Origin: Rhabdothermincola salaria
GTDB taxonomy: Bacteria > Actinomycetota > Acidimicrobiia > Acidimicrobiales > Acidimicrobilacustridaceae
Assembly: GCF_021246445.1 (NCBI RefSeq)
Contig: NZ_JAJQXW010000001.1
Coordinates: 124,001-188,000, forward strand
Direction of reading: 5' to 3'
DNA: 64,000 bases
Part shown: one piece after another, positions 61,459 through 64,000 of the stretch
Position numbering within the stretch: position 1 is the stretch's first letter
How the letters are laid out: each line of letters begins with the position of its first letter
Position numbers and translations under genes: made by a program
The notes under the pieces: generated by a model
What the model was told of the DNA's origin: nothing
Seen by the model: the letters and a program-made list of their open reading frames with translations, nothing else
Database searches by the model: none

Positions 61459-61953
61459 TCAGCGGCGGTGGACGATGGCGACCCAGGTGTCGGGCAGGGG
61501 AGCGCCGGCCAGGATGTTCATGGCGGGGAAGGCCCACTCGAGCACCGTGGTCGGGGCCACGCCGTCGGGCAGTTCCATCACCAGACCCCGGCGCGGGTGG
61601 TCGGCGACCCGGCGCCAGGTCGGCGGGACGGGGAGGCCGGCCTCGGCCAGGGTCCCGGCCGCGCGCGGGCCGGCCGCGTGCTGGAGGCCGAGGGAGTCGG
61701 GCTCGTGGCCGCCCTTGCGCGTCGTCGGGCCCGGCACCCACGAGGCCACCGGCACCGCCGGCCCGCTCGACGACAGCCAGGCGAACACGCCGGCCCGACC
61801 GGGTGGGGCGTCGGGAGCCGGGGCCTCATCATCGCCGACCACTGCCTGCAGGTTGACCCAGCCGCTGCGATCCGTCGCCAGCTCCTCCATGACGGCGAGC
61901 AGATCGGCCGTGTCGGTCGGGCGGAAGCGCAGGACCTCCGTCGTGCGGCTCAC
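61459..61953 (-). CDS. Hypothetical protein
   Basis: 164-aa ORF with plausible codon usage, co-oriented with neighbours. Confidence 0.65.
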   Translation of the reverse strand: MSRTTEVLRFRPTDTADLLAVMEELATDRSGWVNLQAVVGDDEAPAPDAPPGRAGVFAWLSSSGPAVPVASWVPGPTTRKGGHEPDSLGLQHAAGPRAAGTLAEAGLPVPPTWRRVADHPRRGLVMELPDGVAPTTVLEWAFPAMNILAGAPLPDTWVAIVHRR

Positions 61954-61981
61954 CCGTCGGCCCTGGCTCGGGCGAGGGGGC

Positions 61982-62542
61982 TCAGTCGCCGAGCCATCGA
62001 GGCGCCCGGTCGAGGAGGTAGGTGCTCACCTCGTGGCACGTGTCGAGCACCTCGCAGAGCTGCTCCTGGCCGAGGTAGATGCGGTCGAGGGCGACCTCGA
62101 CCCGGGCGACGATCGTGAGGCTGCGTTCGGCGGCGTCGGTCACGCTGGCGAAGGAGTCGATGGCAGAGACCTCGAGGGGCAGGTCGGGTCCGCCGAGGCC
62201 GGCGAGGTCGGTGGCCAGCACCAACAGGTCCGGACCTTGGGGGAGGGGCGGGAGCACCCACGTGAAGACGAGCGGGAAGTGGAAGCCCTCGATGGGTTCG
62301 CTGGTCTCGGGGAGCTCGAGCATGCGGTCCTCGAACGCCAACATCACCCGTGGATCGACCTCGAGCGAGAGATGCAGGTCGAGGGGGCCACCGCAGGCCT
62401 CCTCCGGGTGCAGGTCGACCTCCCACGCCTGACGCAGCGAGTAGGTCTCGACGAAGTGGCGTTCGTCGTGCACGTGGAAGGCGTGGTCCACGGCGTGGTC
62501 CTTGAGGTCGGCCACGAAGCCGGGGACGTCGATGATGGCCAA
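61982..62542 (-). CDS. Hypothetical protein
   Basis: TTG start after GAGGAG RBS; acidic globular composition (IIDVPGFVADLKDHAVDH...). Confidence 0.75.
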   Translation of the reverse strand: MAIIDVPGFVADLKDHAVDHAFHVHDERHFVETYSLRQAWEVDLHPEEACGGPLDLHLSLEVDPRVMLAFEDRMLELPETSEPIEGFHFPLVFTWVLPPLPQGPDLLVLATDLAGLGGPDLPLEVSAIDSFASVTDAAERSLTIVARVEVALDRIYLGQEQLCEVLDTCHEVSTYLLDRAPRWLGD

Positions 62543-62632
62543 GGCGCTGTTGGCTCCTCTGCTGGGTCGCGGGAGGGAGGGGAGGGGATCCAGCCTGCCA
62601 CGGGCCCCTGCTCCACGGCTACCGTCGCCTGC

Positions 62633-63379
62633 GTGGACGACCAGTCGCTGCTCGAGGTCCTCGACGAGACCGCCGAGGCCATCCGCCTGGCCCTGGGCGA
62701 TCTCGACGACTGGGGCCTGGCCGGCACCAGGGCGGGCCAGTACCACTCGGACCTCGCCGCCGACGCCGCCGCCCTCGAGGTGCTCGAGCAGGCCGGGGTC
62801 GGCGTGCTGTCCGAGGAGTCCGGTCGGCACCGCCCCGATGCCTCGCTCACCGTCGTGCTCGACCCCCTCGACGGCTCCACCAACGCCAGTCGGGGCATCC
62901 CCTGGTACGCCACCAGCCTCTGCGCCGTCGACGCCGACGGGCCCCGTGCCGCTCTCGTGGTCAACCTGGCCACGGGTGACCGCTTCCAGGCCCGCCGGGG
63001 TGGCGGTGCCACCCGCAACGGGGTGCCCATCGTGCCGAGCGGGGCCGAGGACCTGTCCCGCTCGGTGGTGCTGCTGTCGGGTTTCCCCGGCCGGTGGCTC
63101 GGGTGGAAGCAGTTCCGAGCGCTCGGCGCCTGTGCCCTCGACCTGTGCGCGGTGGCCATGGGCACCGCGGATGGCTACATCGACTGCAGCCACAACGCGC
63201 ACGGCTCGTGGGACTACCTCGGGGGCATGCTGGTCTGCCAGGAAGCCGGCGCCGTCGTGGTCGACGCGGACGGGCGCGATCTCGTCAGCCTGGACCACGC
63301 CGCCCGCCTCACGCCCCTGGCCGCGGCGAGCCCGGCGCTGTTGGATCAACTGGTCACGGCCCGGCGCTCCGTAGGCTGA
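62633..63379 (+). CDS. Inositol monophosphatase / FBPase superfamily protein
   Basis: LSEE, LDPLDGSTN, RALGACALDLC, WDYLGG; TACCGT-7nt-GTG. Confidence 0.9.
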   Translation: MDDQSLLEVLDETAEAIRLALGDLDDWGLAGTRAGQYHSDLAADAAALEVLEQAGVGVLSEESGRHRPDASLTVVLDPLDGSTNASRGIPWYATSLCAVDADGPRAALVVNLATGDRFQARRGGGATRNGVPIVPSGAEDLSRSVVLLSGFPGRWLGWKQFRALGACALDLCAVAMGTADGYIDCSHNAHGSWDYLGGMLVCQEAGAVVVDADGRDLVSLDHAARLTPLAAASPALLDQLVTARRSVG

Positions 63380-63383
63380 CGGC

Positions 63384-63917
63384 GTGTCCCCCACCCGCGC
63401 CCGACTCGAACGCCGGGTCCTCGGCGGCTATCGGCACCTGCCGGCGATCGTCCGCCGCTGGCTGGTACGGCGGGTGGCGCCCTCGTACACGGTGGGCGGG
63501 TTGTGCGTCATCGAGCGCGCCGACGGGCACGTGCTGCTCGTGCGCCACGCCTATCGGCCCCGCTGGGGGCTTCCCGGGGGTTTCCTGAAGCGGGGGGAGC
63601 ATCCCCTCGACGGTGCTCGGCGCGAGGTGCGCGAGGAGGTCGGCCTCGACGTGGATCTCGTCGGCGAACCCGCGGTCGTGGTCGCCCCCGAGTGGCGACG
63701 CGTGGACGTGGTGTTCCGTGCCCGTCCGGCCCCGGGTGCCGACCCCGATGCGGTTCGAGCCCACTCCTCGGAGATCGACGAGGCCCGATGGTTCGCCCGC
63801 GATGAGCTGCCCGAGCTCCAGGAAGAGGCCGCCGAGGCCCTGGTCGCCCTGGCTCGGGTGGCCAACCTGGGCCTGGCCGCGCCCCGTCCCGCCGACGAGC
63901 GCGGCGAGCGTCCGTGA
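63384..63917 (+). CDS. NUDIX hydrolase
   Basis: WGLPGGFLKRGEHPLDGARREVREEVG Nudix box. Confidence 0.92.
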   Translation: MSPTRARLERRVLGGYRHLPAIVRRWLVRRVAPSYTVGGLCVIERADGHVLLVRHAYRPRWGLPGGFLKRGEHPLDGARREVREEVGLDVDLVGEPAVVVAPEWRRVDVVFRARPAPGADPDAVRAHSSEIDEARWFARDELPELQEEAAEALVALARVANLGLAAPRPADERGERP

Positions 63918-63946
63918 CGCTCGCCGGGAGACGGGTTCGCCTCGAG

Positions 63947-64000
63947 TGGTCCGAGCCCGACTCGAACGGGCGACCTTTGCCTTGTAAGGGCACTGCTCTG
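63947..64000 (-). tRNA. tRNA-Val (TAC), 5' part beyond window
   Basis: Minus strand: ...GAGC-A-GTGCC-CT-TAC-AA-GGCAA...GCCCG-TTCGAGT-CGGGC-TCGGACC-A. Confidence 0.9.

Overview
High-GC (visually about 70% or more) actinobacterial chromosome segment. Gene content and style suggest Acidimicrobiia or a related deep-branching lineage; this is an inference, not a database result. Most of the window is housekeeping: a HAD/acyltransferase fusion, a mitochondrial-type aconitase with a divergent GntR, an orphan gltB, ddl, murF and a PBP, phoH-ybeY-hemolysin-era, dinG, uppS-recO, dps, glyQS, a beta-PGM/GH65 pair, ppdK-dnaG-rpoD, and three tRNAs (Asn-GTT, CAT likely Ile2, and a partial Val-TAC). Five items stand out. 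(1) A TetR-linked four-gene lipid operon (fatty-acyl reductase-HAD fusion, Zn-dehydrogenase, divergent LarA/DUF2088 homolog, acyltransferase) whose parts fit an ether-lipid/alkylglycerol pathway. (2) A free-standing HTH plus LAGLIDADG-like gene 9 bp upstream of tRNA-Asn, whose last codons appear to carry the tRNA promoter. (3) A candidate ~190-nt rod-shaped ncRNA with its own sigma70-type promoter. (4) A nine-gene Tad/Flp locus with non-canonical pilins and a divergent BldC/Xis-like plus cNMP-binding module. (5) A secreted SGNH hydrolase ending in a bare PxFTG motif. No CRISPR array, rRNA, integrase or transposase was seen. Start codons were chosen by eye and some are uncertain.
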